DNA from: Eledone cirrhosa
Lineage: Eukaryota
Assembly: GCA_964016885.1 (NCBI GenBank)
Contig: OZ024752.1
Coordinates: 39,680,001 to 39,744,000 of the forward strand
Reading direction: 5' to 3'
DNA length: 64,000 nt
A model generated the notes under the pieces. It worked only from the letters and a program-made list of their open reading frames with translations. It was not told the DNA's origin and did not search any database. Each line of letters begins with the position of its first letter. The first letter of the stretch is position 1. The translations under genes and the position numbers were made by a program. Positions 29,601 to 45,034 of the stretch are shown in pieces.

Positions 29601-32600
29601 TATATATACTATATAGAGTAATGTAAATACAATAGTATATATAGTATATATAGTATATATAGTATATATAGTATATATAGTATATATAGAGTAATGTAAA
29701 TACAATAGTATATATAGTATATATAGAGTAATGTAAATACAATAGTATATATAGTATATATAGTATATATAGAGTAATGTAAATACAATAGTATATATAG
29801 TATATATATTATATATAGAGTAATGTAAATACAATAGTATATATAGTATATATAGTATATATAGTATATATAGAATAATGTAAATACAATAGTATATATA
29901 GTATATATAGTATATATAGAATAATGTAAATACAATAGTATATATAGTATATATAGTATATATAGTATATATAGAATAATGTAAATACAATAGTATATAT
30001 AGTATATATAGTATATATAGTATATATAGTATATATAGAATAATGTAAATACAATAGTATATATAGTATATATAGTATATATATACTATATAGAGTAATG
30101 TAAATACAATAGTATATATAGTATATATAGTATATATAGTATATATAGTATATATAGTATATATAGAGTAATGTAAATACAATAGTATATATAGTATATA
30201 TAGAGTAATGTAAATACAATAGTATATATAGTATATATAGTATATATAGAGTAATGTAAATACAATAGTATATATAGTATATATATTATATATAGAGTAA
30301 TGTAAATACAATAGTATATATAGTATATATAGAGTAATGTAAATACAATAGTATATATAGTATATATAGTATATATAGAGTAATGTAAATACAATAGTAT
30401 ATATAGTATATATATTATATATAGAGTAATGTAAATACAATAGTATATATAGTATATATAGTATATATAGAGTAATGTAAATACTTGAAATGGACTGGCG
30501 TCCTCTCCAGAGGTGAGTCTTATACTTTCACTTACTTAATGCTAATTAAATTGGGATAAGCACCAACCTGATGAGTCTCTGGTCTTGAGATAGACATCAA
30601 CTTTAACATTTTTTGACATAACATTGGTTAAACATAAAGGAGAGTTTTCCATAACAACTTCTTATTGATTCATTATTTTTCTTACTCAGTAGAGGTTAAC
30701 CCTTTCACATTTAAACTGGCCTTATCTGGCCAGAATTCTCTCACCTCTTTCTGTTCAAACTGGCTGCCACTATCCACTTATCTTGATGTTGAGGTGTTCT
30801 CAAAAGAAATTTTATCAAAATCTCATAGATTCCATATTATGCAAGATATTATGTAAGATAAAGCCTTTACCATGAAAATACAATAGTATACATAGAGTAA
30901 TGTAAATGCTAAAGGGTTAAACAAGGACACTTATTTGAGCAGTAAATATTAGCATGGTGTGCACTAGGATGACACACAAATTTGCATAGGATCAGAGCTT
31001 TTGTTACAGTTTTGGGATTTGGGAGAGGCCAGCTAAAGTATATATACTGTACATAGAGTGTCAGACACCATGCATTTCAGTATAGTTGTGGTCCTTTATG
31101 GCCTGAGTTCAAATCCTGCCGAGGTTAACTTTGCCTTTCATCCTTACAGTATCAATAAAAAAAGCACCAGTAATACACTGGGGTAATTGCTGGCCTTGTG
31201 CCAAAAGTAGAAACATTATTTTTAGCTCATGTCTTTTTTATCACCAATATGAGACTAACCAGCTAACCAAATGATTACTAGTTTATATCATGATATTGAT
31301 ATTATGTTGTGATGTAGTCCAGTTCTTCATGGAATGGTGTTTCACTGCAGCAAGCAATGTATTGTCAGATTACAGTGCTGAGCATGACTCATCTTTGATT
31401 TATAGCTTACATAAGGATGTGCTCTCCCATGTTGACTTGATCATTTATTTACTACGTAAAGATTAAATACTTCATGTTGCTCTTAAAAACTTATGGTTTA
31501 TGACAGTCATGGGCAAACTGCAGCCCATTTGGTTGAAATTTTTAGTAGTGTGGGCTGCTTTGTGATAAGCCACACTCTGTGCAGCCCACTGCTCAAAAAA
31601 GGTTGTCCATACATGGTTTTTAAGATCTACAACAATATTATCTTTTTAAGATACTATGAAACACTAAAGTTAAATTTGTTACAAATTCTATGCTTTATCA
31701 TAATTCTCCTTATAATATTCAAAGAAAAACTATTCTATAAAAACAAATATCTCAGTTTATTTGTAACTAATATCTAACTGGTGTCAATTATATTTCACTA
31801 TAAAACCCCATTATACAACAAAATATTACATTATTAAATGCCATCAGTTTATATTTCATTCTGTTTTCAGCAACCAAATAAGTTGAAATATTTCCTCAAT
31901 ACATCCTCAAGCACATTTAATGTAAATCCTGACAATGGAGATATATATTTGAATTACCCTCTTCAAAACGAACCAAATACTAATGTTTATTCAGTAAGGA
32001 AGTATTTGCTCTTTTCTATTTTGAACTGTTTGCATTGTATTACTGTCTTTTTAATTTTTCTATTTAGTATCTCTATTTTATGACATACATACATACATGG
32101 TGGCTGCCAACTCGTTTTTGAGTACGGCCACTACTTTATATCCATGTAGGAGAACCCCTACCGATGCGCTGAACGAGTGTGACATTTTAGTCCAGCTAGC
32201 GACTTGAAAACTCTGGTACAAACACTACACTTGTGACAATTATTGACACATAGGGCTGGGCCCATGGTACCATGTGACGACAAGTGCAGAGAGATCTCCA
32301 GATATAAAGCAATGCCTGTGCCGTGAAGCTTTTATAGTGAGCAAAGGCACTGCACAAAGCCAGTCCCACTCTCTTAACCAAGATGATATTTACCAAAAAG
32401 AAGAACAAGTCAACATCATTGGATACCATCAGGGTTGCAGGTGTTATATCAGAGTTTTCCTTCTCCTAGAAGTCTGCCTTGACAAAGGCTAAGGTGTCAT
32501 CTCTCCCTGTGATTTTGGATGGCCATTGACTCTTAAGAGCTCCTTTGCCCTTTGACAGGTTTTGTTTTTAGTCCTGCAGGATGTCCAAAGTCACCCTCCT

Positions 32601-32759
32601 CACCAAGAAACCTTGGTGGGGTTGCCAGTTTAGTCGCCAATGACCCGACCATGAGATATGCATATATATATACATGTATGCACATACGTATATATATACA
32701 TACATATATACATACATATACATATACATACTCACACATATACATACATACATACACAC

Positions 32760-32793
<34 letters not shown>

Positions 32794-34012
32794 TAAGAGA
32801 GTAAAACAAAGAATCCTTTAATACATCAAAACTTTTTAATACGAAGAGGGTGTTTAACTCCAACACGCTCCAGTATTTTAATCCTTATATATATATATAT
32901 GTATGTATGTATGTATATACACACATACATACATACATACATACATACATACATACATGATGGCTGCAAACTCTGCTAAGAGTATTGCAATCGTATGTCA
33001 GTTTGGTGTTTGGTGCACTTTTAGGCAACGGCCAGCCACACGAACCTGGAACATATCCTGAACAAGCAATACCTGAGCTTTGAAGGATTTTTAAGTGGGG
33101 AAAGGCCTTGCACTCGACCAATCCCACTCTCTGAGCATCGAAAACACTACCCGAAAAGGAGAACTGGTCAACATCATCAGATGCTTCTAAAGCCGCAGGT
33201 TTTTTTTTCCAGAGTTTCCCTCTCCTAGAAAGGTGTTGTGACAACACCTGGGGGCCTTTCACTCCCAGGTGATAAAAAAAAAAGTACTATTTGGATGGCT
33301 ATTGACTCTGCTGAGGTCCCTCCGCCCTTTGCCGGGTCTTGTATTTCATCCTGCGAGGTTAACTTTGCCTTTCATCCTTACGGGGTCGATAAAATAAAGT
33401 ACCAGTAATACACTGGGGTAATTGCTGGCCTTGTGCCAAAAATAGAAACAATTATTATTATTATTGAGTCTCAGTCATTGATGTTATTTAACTGGAAAGT
33501 TTGTTGGAATGAATATCAATCTGCTACCTGCAGCCTCAGATATTCAGGACGTATCGGAGGGTTGTTGCTGTTCCCAGCAAGCATGCCTTTTGAAGTGTTC
33601 CAAAAATTATTATTATTATGATTAACTTTTTCAAATTTCATTTGAAAAGGAAAATCAGGGTAGAGAGGGAAGTGCTCTCTTCCCAGCATTTTGTTGAAAG
33701 ATGGGTGAGAGAAGCAAGTATGGCCCGAGTGAATGGGCCTACTCTGAGTATGTGTCTGTAAATTAAAGGTGGAAAACTGGGAGAAGGCACTTGCCCTGGT
33801 AGTGAGGGTCACTGTGGCCTTTTAATGGGCTTTCTCCACAAATGTCCCTCGGAAGTCTCCCCCCTATTGGGGAATTTTTCATTGTTATTTTTTTATTACA
33901 TCCTCTGTTTTTGTTTTTTTACATGCAGAAATGCCCATTTGTACCGTCCTGTATTGTCCTGTACTGTCCTTAATGTCTACTTTATATAAACCCTTGTGGT
34001 TAATAAAGAAAG

Positions 34013-34064
<52 letters not shown>

Positions 34065-37000
34065 ACAGTAATAAATAGATTCCCTTGTCTGAATTTGAAT
34101 TATTCTTTTATTTTAGGTTGTAATACAGGTTCAAGACAAAGGAAATCCACCAAAAGTGTCTGCAAATCCACAGAAGATTATCTTCAATATTCTCCGAAAC
34201 AAAAATGCTCCAACTATTACAAATTTGCCAAGCGACATTCAATTAACTTCAACTGCTGAAAACAATAATTTGTTTACAGTTCAAGCTACTGACGCTGATG
34301 TCAATGTAAGTAATTGTATCAGAATATAAATAAAGAGGGAGTGTCACGATAAATATAATAGGCCTATGCATGGTTAACTGATGTTATTATCAGTAGAGGG
34401 CGGTGGATTGGCAGTATCGGTAGAGGGTCGGACGTCATGCTTTGACGCATAGAGTTACGGCCCTTGCCATTCTGAGTTCAAATCCCGCCGAGGTTAACTT
34501 TGCCTTTCATCCTTACGGGGGTCGATAAAATAAAGTACCAGTAATACACTGGGGTAATTGCTGGCCTTGTGCCTAAAGTAGAAACAATTATTACAGGGTT
34601 GATAAAATAAAGTACCAGTAATACACTGGGGTAATTGCTGGCCTTGTGCCAAAAGTAGAAACAATTATTACAGGGTTGATAAAATAAAGTACCAGTAATA
34701 CACTGGGGTAATTGCTGGCCTTGTGCCGAAAGTAGAAACAGTTATTATCAGTAGAGAACATATAGGGTGGATTGGTGGCAGTATCGGTAGAGGGTCGGAT
34801 GCCATGCTTTCCAGCATAGAGTTATGGCCCTTTACACTCTGAGTTGAAATCCCGGCGAGGTTAACTTTGCCTTACATCCTTACGGGGGGGGGGGTCGATA
34901 AAGTAAAGTACCAGAAATACACTGGGGTCAATTTAATCGCCCCCCCCCCCAAAAAAAAAATTGCTGTCCTTGTGCCTTTATAAGAAACCATTATCAGTCA
35001 ATAGAGAATATACAGATAACTGATACTGTACACCAGGTCTGAACATAGAAGAGCCAGGAAACACGGTAGCTGTGAATAGTAAAACTGCAAAAGAAAGATT
35101 CTATTGCAAGTGTATTGATAATTCTATGAAATGAAATAGAAATAGAAATAGAAGCTTCAAGCATAATCTATCTATCTAAGGCGGGTAAAATTCCCGAGAT
35201 CCATGGACGAGTTCTCTCCAGCGGTCTCTGTCCCTCATTATCGCTGCCATGTCCTGCATCTCCAACAGACCAGTGTCTGTCCTTAGGGCATCAACATATG
35301 TTAACCTTGGTCTTCCTCTTCTAGTGTGTCCATGTAGGGGCTCCCAAAGGAGCACTGAGTGCAATGTCAACTCTGGATGTCGGTGAGCATGTCCAGCTAA
35401 CCTCAGTCTCCCTCTTCCAGTGTGTCCATGTAGGGGCTCCCAAAGGAGCACTGAGTGCAGTGTCAACTCTGGATGTCGGTGAGCATGTCCAGCTAACCTC
35501 AGTCTCCCTCTTCCAGTGTGTCCATGTAGGGGCTCCCACAGGAGCACTGAGTGCAATGTCAACTCTGGATGTCGGTGAGCATGTCCAGCTAACCTCAGTC
35601 TCCCTCTTCCAGTGTGTCCATGTAGGGGCTCCCAAAGGAGCACTGAGTGCAATGTCAACTCTGGATGTCGGTGAGCATGTCCAGCCAACCTCAGTCTCCT
35701 CTGTGTCACTTTTGAGCTGACTTTTGGGATAATATTTGGACTAAATAATTGTTTCTACTATTGGCACAAGGCCAGCAATTACCCAGTACATTACTGGTAC
35801 TTTATTTTATCGACCCCCGTAAGGATGAAAGGCAAAGTTAACCTTGGCGGGATTTGAACTCAGAATGGCAAGGGCCGTAACTCTATGCGTCAAAGCATGG
35901 CGTCCGACCCTCTACCGATACTGCCAAAGACAGTAAGCATGCACTTACACGTACACCATGTCTGAACACAGAGAAGCTGAACTCCCACTGTCATTGCCTC
36001 CATCTCTCTTTTGCCCTCCTCATCTCTCACTATTATGAGCAAATGGGGTCCTACGTGCTAGCCTCCCCACGGCCTCGGTGGACAGGATGGAGAAGAGGTT
36101 TCCCCCGGAGGTAAGGGAGATGCGCTGGAAGAGCCATTCCATCTTCTTGCAAAGCTCACACATGCGGCTCGCCACCTCAGCATCTATGGTGTTAAGTAGG
36201 GAGGTAGCCCTAGGGCCAAGCACACTAGAAGTCGCCACTGCTATGGCTCGCCACCTCAGCATCTATGGTGTTAAGTAGGGAGGTAGCCCTAGGGCTAAGG
36301 ACACTAGAAGTCGCCACTGCTATGGCTCACCACCTCAGCATCTATGGTGGTAAGTAGGGAGGTAGCCCTAGGGCTAAGGACACCAGAAGTCGCCACTGCT
36401 ATGGCTAGCCACCTCAGCATCTATGGTGGTAAGTAGGGAGGTAGCCCTAGGGCTAAGGACACCAGAGGTCTTCACTGCTATGGCTAGCCACCTCAGCATC
36501 TATGGTGGTAAGTAGGGAGGTAGCCCTAGGGCTAAGGACACCAGAAGTCGCCACTGCTATGGCTAGCCACCTCAGCATCTATGGTGGTAAGTAGGGAGGT
36601 AGTCCTAGGGACAAGCACACTAGAAGTCGCCACTGCTATGGCTAGCCACCTCAGCATCTATGGTGGTAAGTAGGGAGGTAGCCCTAGGGCTAAGGACACT
36701 AGAAGTCGCCACTGCTATGGCTAGCCACCTCAGCATCTATGGTGGTAAGTAGGGAGGTAGCCCTAGGGCCAAGGACACCAGAAGTCTTCACTGCTATGGC
36801 TAGCCACCTCCACGTCTATGGTGGTAAATAGGGAGGTAGCCATAGGGCTAAGGACACCAGAGGTCTTCACTGCTATGGCTAGCCACCTCCACGTCTATGG
36901 TGGTAAATAGGGAGGTAGCCCTAGGGCCAAGGACACCAGAAGTCGCCACTGCTAAGTAATTGTATTATACTTTGATTTTCTTTTTCCTATCTGAACTAGC

Positions 37001-40000
37001 ATTTGTTCACTTATCAATTATTACTCCAATATAAGCTGATATAAATATAAGCCAACCCCACTTATTTACATAGAATTTGAAGTTGGTGAAAATTGTCAAA
37101 ATATTGACCTCAAATATAAACCAACCACCCTCCTAACATCATTTTTTTGGAGTGTTGACTTACGATGATAATGTTGTGGGTTTGATTCCTGGATTGCGTG
37201 TTGTGTTCTTGAGCAAAACATTTCATTTCATGTTGCTCCAGTATACTCAGCTGAAAATGAGTACCAGCAATAGCTGGGGGTTTAACCCTGCGATGGACTG
37301 GCTTCCTGTCCAGGGGTGGGGCGGGGGGTATTGTACTCTCAGTCGCTTCACGCCATAAACCCAGGATAAGCACTGGTCAAATGAGCCTTCTGGCTTAAGA
37401 CACTTTAGACTTTTAGATAGTATAAAGGAGCGAAGATGAGTGGTAAGAGAATTGGGTTCGCAATCGTGAGGTTGTGAGTTCGATTCCTGGACTGGGTGAT
37501 GCATTATGTCTACGAGCAAGATACTTTATTTCATATTGCTCCTTCTACCTGGAAAGACCAACGGAAACATTGTTTCCTCGGTCCAATTTGCCGAAAGTCG
37601 ATCGACTGTCGATATAATAGTTGTTTCTACTTTTGGCACAAGACCAGCAATTACCCAGTACATTACTGGTACTTTATTTTCTCGACCCCGCAAGGATGAA
37701 ATTCAAAGTTAACCTCGATGGGATTTGAACTCAGACCGTAAAGGGACGTAACTCTATGTTTCTACTTTTGGCACAAGACCAGCAATTACCCAGTACATTA
37801 CTGGTACTTTATTTTCTCGACCCCGCAAGGATGAAAGGCAAAGTTAACCTCGATGGGATTTGAACTCAGACCGTAAAGGGACGTAACTCTATGTTTCTAC
37901 TTTTGGCACAAGACCAGCAATTACCCAGTACATTACTGGTACTTTATTTTCTCGACCCCGCAAGGATGAAATGCAAAGTTAACCTCGATGGGATTTGAAC
38001 TCAGACCATAAAGGGACGTAACTCTATGTTTCTACTTTTGGCACAAGACCAGCAATTACCCAGTACATTACTGGTACTTTATTTTCTCGACCCCGCAAGG
38101 ATGAAAGGCAAAGTTAACCTCGACGGGATTTGAACTCAGACCGTAAAGGGACGTAACTCTATGTTTCTACTTTTGGCACAAGACCAGCAATTACCCAGTA
38201 CATTACTGGTACTTTATTTTCTCGACCCCGCAAGGATGAAAGGCAAAGTTAACCTCGACGGGATTTGAACTCAGACCGTAAAGGGACGTAACTCTATGTT
38301 TCTACTTTTGGCACAAGACCAGCAATTACCCAGTACATTACTGGTACTTTATTTTCTCGACCCCGCAAGGATGAAAGGCAAAGTTAACCTCGATGGGATT
38401 TGAACTCAGACTGTAAAGGGCCGTAGTCCGACCCTCTACCGATACTGCCCAACTGTTGATATAATAGTGGTTTCTCATTTAGGTCCAAAGCCAACAATTT
38501 TAGGTGAGGGGAAAGTCAACCCCTGGTAGTACTAGGAGTATTCTAGTAGTGGTGGTGGTAGCAGTGGTAGTAGTAGTGGTAGTGGTAGTTAGTAGTGGTG
38601 GTGGTGGTGGTGGTAGTAGTAGGGGGGGGGGGGGGGGTAGTAGTGCTGAAACAATATTTTTCTATCATAATGACAGAAGTAAACTATTAATTTTTATTCT
38701 TTCTTTATTTTGAAGGATCTTCAAGCTAAATCGTGCTCTTCAGACTTTGGGCAACTTGTTTATAAGATTGTCGGTGATGTAGGAGCTTCTGCATTTTTTA
38801 GCATTAATAACGGCAAAATATATCCCAAACAGCTACTTTCTGCAGATACTCGATCAGTTTACAATGTAAGTATTTGTGTTGTAAAATTATCATTTGAATT
38901 AAGAATTACATCTTAACTCCAACTCAATGGAAAATATCTTAAATCTAAATGTTTGTAGTATCTTTACTAGTAGACAGATTCTTTTGAAAATTTTCAGTAT
39001 TAAACTAAACATATTAATTTTTTATGTGGTACAGTCATAGTGCTGTTTTGTAATTTTCAAGAATGAAATTATCGTGTACAGTGTACAAAATATTTTTACT
39101 ATGCAAATAATATCTAGCTATTACAGTTACCTTTCACTCTGAGAATAATCCAATTTTACAAATATTTTCAAGAATATATCACAAAGATGTAAACTTAATA
39201 TATTTTTTAACTTTTTTTTTTTTTAGGTGAGAGTCCAGGTTTCTGACAATGGTGTACCTCCAAAATCAGTAAATTCTTTATTGACAGTGAATATCAACAG
39301 GAATTTAAATGCACCATTCTTTTTAAAATCTTTATATGAAAAAGTTGTTCCTGAAAATTTGGAACTTGGGAGTTCCATTCTTGCAGTTTCTGCCAAAGAC
39401 AACGATCTATCCAGTCCATATAATACTGTCAGATATGAATTAGAAGGACAAAGTCAATACTTCTTTGTCAATTCTATTTCAGGCACCGTGTCATTATCCA
39501 AATCTTTGACACAGGATCTCTCAAAGACATTAAAATACACCGTAAGTATTAAGAATACTATCTTCAATATTCCATTTTCATTCCACTCCAGAATGTTAAC
39601 CCTTTAGCATTTAAACTAGCCAAATTCGGCCAGAATTCTCTCACCTCTTTCTGTTTAAACTTGCTGTAACTGGCTACTCATACTGATATCAAGTCACTGT
39701 TCTCAAAATAAATAATATCAAAATCTCATAGATTTGATATTATGTGAGATATTATGTGGAAAAAAGCTTTTACCGTGAAAATACAATAGTAAATATAGAG
39801 CAATGTAAATGTTATGTGAAATAATTATGTGACAAAGCTTTTACCATGAAAATACAATAGTAAATATAATGTAAATGCTAAAGGGTTACGGCACAATTGA
39901 ATTTACAGGTGTATTAAAAAATCTTTTTTGATACACCTGTATCTAATTTCAGTTTCTATTATTCTCACACTAATTGGTTTCCTACACTGTATGTCTCTAC

Positions 40001-40889
40001 TTTTTATTCCTTGTAAATTGTTCCTTAATTATTGTTGTATTCAGGCAACTCTTGAGTGCTACTGGTAGCATGTAACCCAGTACAACCTGTTGTATGGTTG
40101 GGTCGTCGGCAACTAAACCAGCAACCTCACCAAGTAATCACCAAGTTTACTTGGTGAGGAGAGTGATTTTGGACACCCTGCAAGACAAAAAACAAAACCT
40201 GACAAAGGGCAGAACTCATAAAAATCAACGGCCATCTAAAAAAAAAAAAAAATCCTGCCAAATCAGTGGGTGGCAGTAGTTCCAGCTGCACATATCGAAA
40301 GACTGGTGTAGTGGTTCTGAGAATAATGAGGCTTTGCAGATGATCAATGCAAATTGACAATGGAAAGGCGCTCCCACTCGAGTTAGAAGAGAACTATTGA
40401 CCTTCAGGAGAAGCAACGACCCTTGATTGTATTCAGCAACCGAAACAATTATGAAGTACACCAAATCCAATGCTCCGAGGGTCTACCCTGGTTCTTATTA
40501 GATTAGATTAGATTGGTTTCCTGCACTGTATGTCTCTATATATAATATATATATATAATATATATATATAATATATATACAGGATGGGGCATAAGTTTGG
40601 AATCAAATAACAATGCTTTTAATAACAAAACTACTAAATTTATTGACGAGCAACATATGTAATTATACATAAATATCTGTAGAATATAATGTATAGAGTT
40701 TATTCACAATGACCCCTCTCATGCAGCAATAATAGTCTCTAACCTCCATTGAGCATCTTTCACTAAATCACGCAACATTTCTTGGGGAATTTCTTTCAAA
40801 GCACTCAGTAAAGATGCCTTTAAATCATTGACTGTCTTATGAACTTTTGAATCGGGTTTTTTTTTCAAGTTTGTTGACTTATACTTCAT

Positions 40890-40929
<40 letters not shown>

Positions 40930-41182
40930 TCATCATCATCAGGTTTAGCGTCCGTGTTCCACGCTTGCATGGGTTTGGACGGGGGTTTTCCCACTTGAGG
41001 CAAGAGTGGTTGTCTTGCTCGCATAGGACTGTCTGACGGGTTTTCTACAGCTGGATGCCCTTCCTAACACCAACCACATTTACAGTGTGGGGCTGGGAGG
41101 TTTTTACCGTGTTGCCTACACGGCCACATTTATAGCGTGGACTGTGTGTTTTTTTGTTGTGACACCTACACGATCTCATTTG

Positions 41183-41214
<32 letters not shown>

Positions 41215-41263
41215 TATATGTGTGTGTAAGTGTGTATATATATATATAGAGAGAGAGAGAGAG

Positions 41264-41303
<40 letters not shown>

Positions 41304-44300
41304 ATTATAAATGTAAGCTATCGCTGTATTTTGACTAAAGAAATTAAAGAAATTATTTAGCCTGAGAGTGGGGTTAAGAACCCTCGGAGAAATGGAAAAA
41401 GATGAGTATTGACGTACATGTACATCAATACTCATCTTTTTCCATTTCTCCGAGGGTTCTTAACCCCACTCTCAGGCTAAATAATTTCTTTAATTTCTTT
41501 AGTCAAAATACAGCGATAGCTTACATTTATAATAATTTCAAACCCGCTCGCTGTTTCGAAAATATTCTTACACACATATATATCATCATCATCATCATCA
41601 TCAACGTTTAACGTCCGTGTTCCACGCTTGCATGGGTTTGGACGGGGGTATTCCCACTTGAGGCAAGAGTGATTGTCTTGCTCGCATAGGACTGTCTGGC
41701 AGGTTTTCTACAGTTGGATGCCCTTCCTAACACCAACCACATTTACAGTGTGGGACTGGGAGGTTTTTACCGTGTTGCCTACACGGCCACATTACAGCGT
41801 GGACTGTGTGTTTTTTGTTGTGACACCTACACGATCTCATTTGTTTCGGCCTGGATGTTGTGGCACCAACATAACTTTACATAGGAGGGGGTTGGTGGGA
41901 CGGGGGTGTATTTTGTTAGAGATGCCTACTGGCTGTAGTAATAATAATAAATGTGAAGACTAATCTGTTATTTTAATATGTATAATGTGTGTGTGTTTGT
42001 ATCCTTTTTTAGTTCACTATTAAAGCCAAAGATATGGGAGTGCCTTCAAAATCATCCACAAATTCAGCTACCGTACAACTGACGGTGAAACGAAACACTC
42101 TTCCACCAGTTTTTCAACCAAAAGTAGTATCTATTAAAATTAAAGAAACTTTGGCAGTTGGACAGTTTGTCAGAAGTATGGCTGCTACAGACACTGACGA
42201 AGTAAGTATAACAGATATGAAAATTAATGTGTCTCTCTATTTAGTTAAGGCTTTTATTCATATTGTACAGTTTGAATTGGCAGTCATTTCAACGTTGGAT
42301 AGAATGCTTTATGCTATTCGTTCCAGCTCTGTGCTCACTGGGTTCAAATCCCACCAAAGCTAACTTTACCTTTCATCCATTCAAGGTTGATAAAAAAAAG
42401 TATCAGTCTAGTACTGGAGTTGATTCTTCCTCTATATCTCTTTCTCACTTTCTTCTCTCTCTTTCTATCCTTCTCTGGAAGAAATCTGTTCCACTCTGGC
42501 CTGGAGAGGGATGAGCTCTACCAGGCTTAAAATTCCCTAGAAATGCTGCACATCAGTACGGAGCTCCTACAACTCCCCCAGGAGTTACAGGACCATTCCA
42601 CACCATACTTTAAGTACCATTATTATGGTGGATTATTGGTAGAGAGTCGAACACCATGCTTTGAAGCATAGAGTTACGTCCCTTTATGATCTGAGTTCAA
42701 ATCCCACCAAGGTTAACTTTGCCTTTCATCCTTACGGGGTCAATAAAATAAAGTACCAGTAATACACTAGGGAAATTGCTGGCCTTGTGCCAAAAGTAGA
42801 AACAATTATTATTTTTTAATGCAGCTGAATAACCAATGCAACTGAAAGTGTAAAAATTGAAGGACCACTTCAAAATCTATATTGTTAACTTTGCCTTTCA
42901 TCCATTTGAGGTCATTGAAAAAAGTACCAGTCTAATATTGGGGTTGATTCTTCCTCTATATCTCTTTCTCACTTCCATTCTCTCACTCTCTATTCTTCTG
43001 TTGAAGAAATCTGCTGTATTCAGACCTGAAGAGGATTGGGCTCTTCCAGGTTTAAAAATGCCCCAGAAACACCATATGTCAATATGGCGTCCCTACAACT
43101 CCCTCAGGAGTTAAAGCGCCATACCATACATAGTTATGTTGCAACTCTTTTGTATTAGCTAGTTTGAAAGGCAATTGTGGCTGGAAATATAAAACACCTC
43201 CAATTACCAAGAAGTTTAGACATATATATTTCACATACTATGAATCTCTTATCCAGAGTTTCAGCAAAAGATATTATAATGTGTCATGAATCTTGGGTAA
43301 TGACTGAAAGAATAGATCATGAATACAAGTGGCCAAAATGGAGTTCCTCCGAAGGATCTTTGGAGTAACGTTACTTGATAAAGTATGTAGCTCAGAGATC
43401 AGAAAGTCACTCTGGGTAGAGCCACTACTTCTCTGAATTGAGAGATCACAGCTCCAATACTGTGGGCATGGGGTTAGAATGTCTTAGAAAAGAATCGCTG
43501 GTCAGATTTATAGATTGGAGATGAGAAAGTCACTCTAGGTAGAACTGCTACTTCTCTGAATTGAGGGATCACAGCTCCAATACTGTGGGCATGGGGTTAG
43601 AATGTCTTAGAAAAGAATCGCTGGTCAGATTTATAGATTGGAGATGAGAAAGTCACTCTAGGTAGAACTGCTACTTCTCTGAATTGAGAGATCACAGCTC
43701 CAATACTGTGGGCATGGGGTTAGAATGTCTTAGGAAAGAATCGCTGGTCAGATTTATAGATTGGAGATGAGAAAGTCACTCTAGGTAGAACTGCTACTTC
43801 TCTGAATTGAGAGATCACAGCTCCAATACTGTGGGCATGGGGTTAGAATGTCTTAGAAAAGAATCGCTGGTCAGATTTATAGATTGGAGATGAGAAAGTC
43901 ACTCTAGGTAGAACTGCTACTTCTCTGAATTGAGAGATCACAGCTCCAATACTGTGGGCATGGGGTTAGAATGTCTTAGGAAAGAATCGCTGGTCAGATT
44001 TATAGATTGGAGATGAGAAAGTCACTCTAGGTAGAACTGCTACTTCTCTGAATTGAGAGATCACAGCTCCAATACTGTGGGCATGGGGTTAGAATGTCTT
44101 AGGAAAGAATCGCTGGTCAGATTTATAGATTGGAGATGAGAAAGTCACTCTAGGTAGAACTGCTACTTCTCTGAATTGAGAGATCACAGCTCCAATACTG
44201 TGGGCATGGGGTTAGAATGTCTTAGGAAAGAATCGCTGGACAGATATTACAGGCAAAACCAACTGGCTGGAGATTCAGGAGTATGGTTGTATAACATCCA

Positions 44301-44748
44301 TGAGCTTGGTTGGTCTCACTTGGGGATCCAAGTGGATCAGTTGGACACAGTTGCTTCTGCCAGGATCTGCTGGAAAATGTTTTTGAGGACTCTTCCCCCA
44401 CAACCTTCTCAGGAATAAGTTGGCAAAGAAGAAGAATATCACATGATCACCTTGATGGAAAAACTTTGAATATTTTCCACTTGCTGCATTATATCACAGA
44501 GTATGGATGCATATGCATATAAGTTTGGATGGCCAAGTCGATTAGATACTTGATAACCCATTAGGAATTGAATGGTTTGTTTTCTTTCCCTGAAGCCACA
44601 TTGTGATGATAACCAAGACGGTATGTTGAACTGGAAATGAAAACATATCTTAATTGAAATGTCTCAGCATTATAAAATTAGTAAGGTTTCCAATGCAAAT
44701 TTAATTTTAGAACCTATTGAGCAAAAATAATAGGTAATATACACACAT

Positions 44749-44789
<41 letters not shown>

Positions 44790-44985
44790 CGTTATTCCGG
44801 GTTGAATCGGAGGTAACCACAGTAAGTAAGGTACTCAATACATTGCAGAGTATAAAAGTTTTAATATAGATGAGATTCTACAGGATTAGAACTGTTTCAT
44901 TCTTTAGAAATCATCAGGAATCTGATTCCTGATGATTTCTAAAGAATGAAACAGTTCTAGTCCTGTAGAATCTCATCTATATTAA

Positions 44986-45034
<49 letters not shown>

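Noticed and set aside
29373-30440. 355-aa ORF on the minus strand
   Set aside because: Stop-free reading of a compound minisatellite
27660-38450. Regular repeat arrays resembling CRISPR
   Set aside because: Head-to-tail tandem units without unique spacers, derived from MITE/SINE/LINE sequence in a eukaryotic intron; no cas genes
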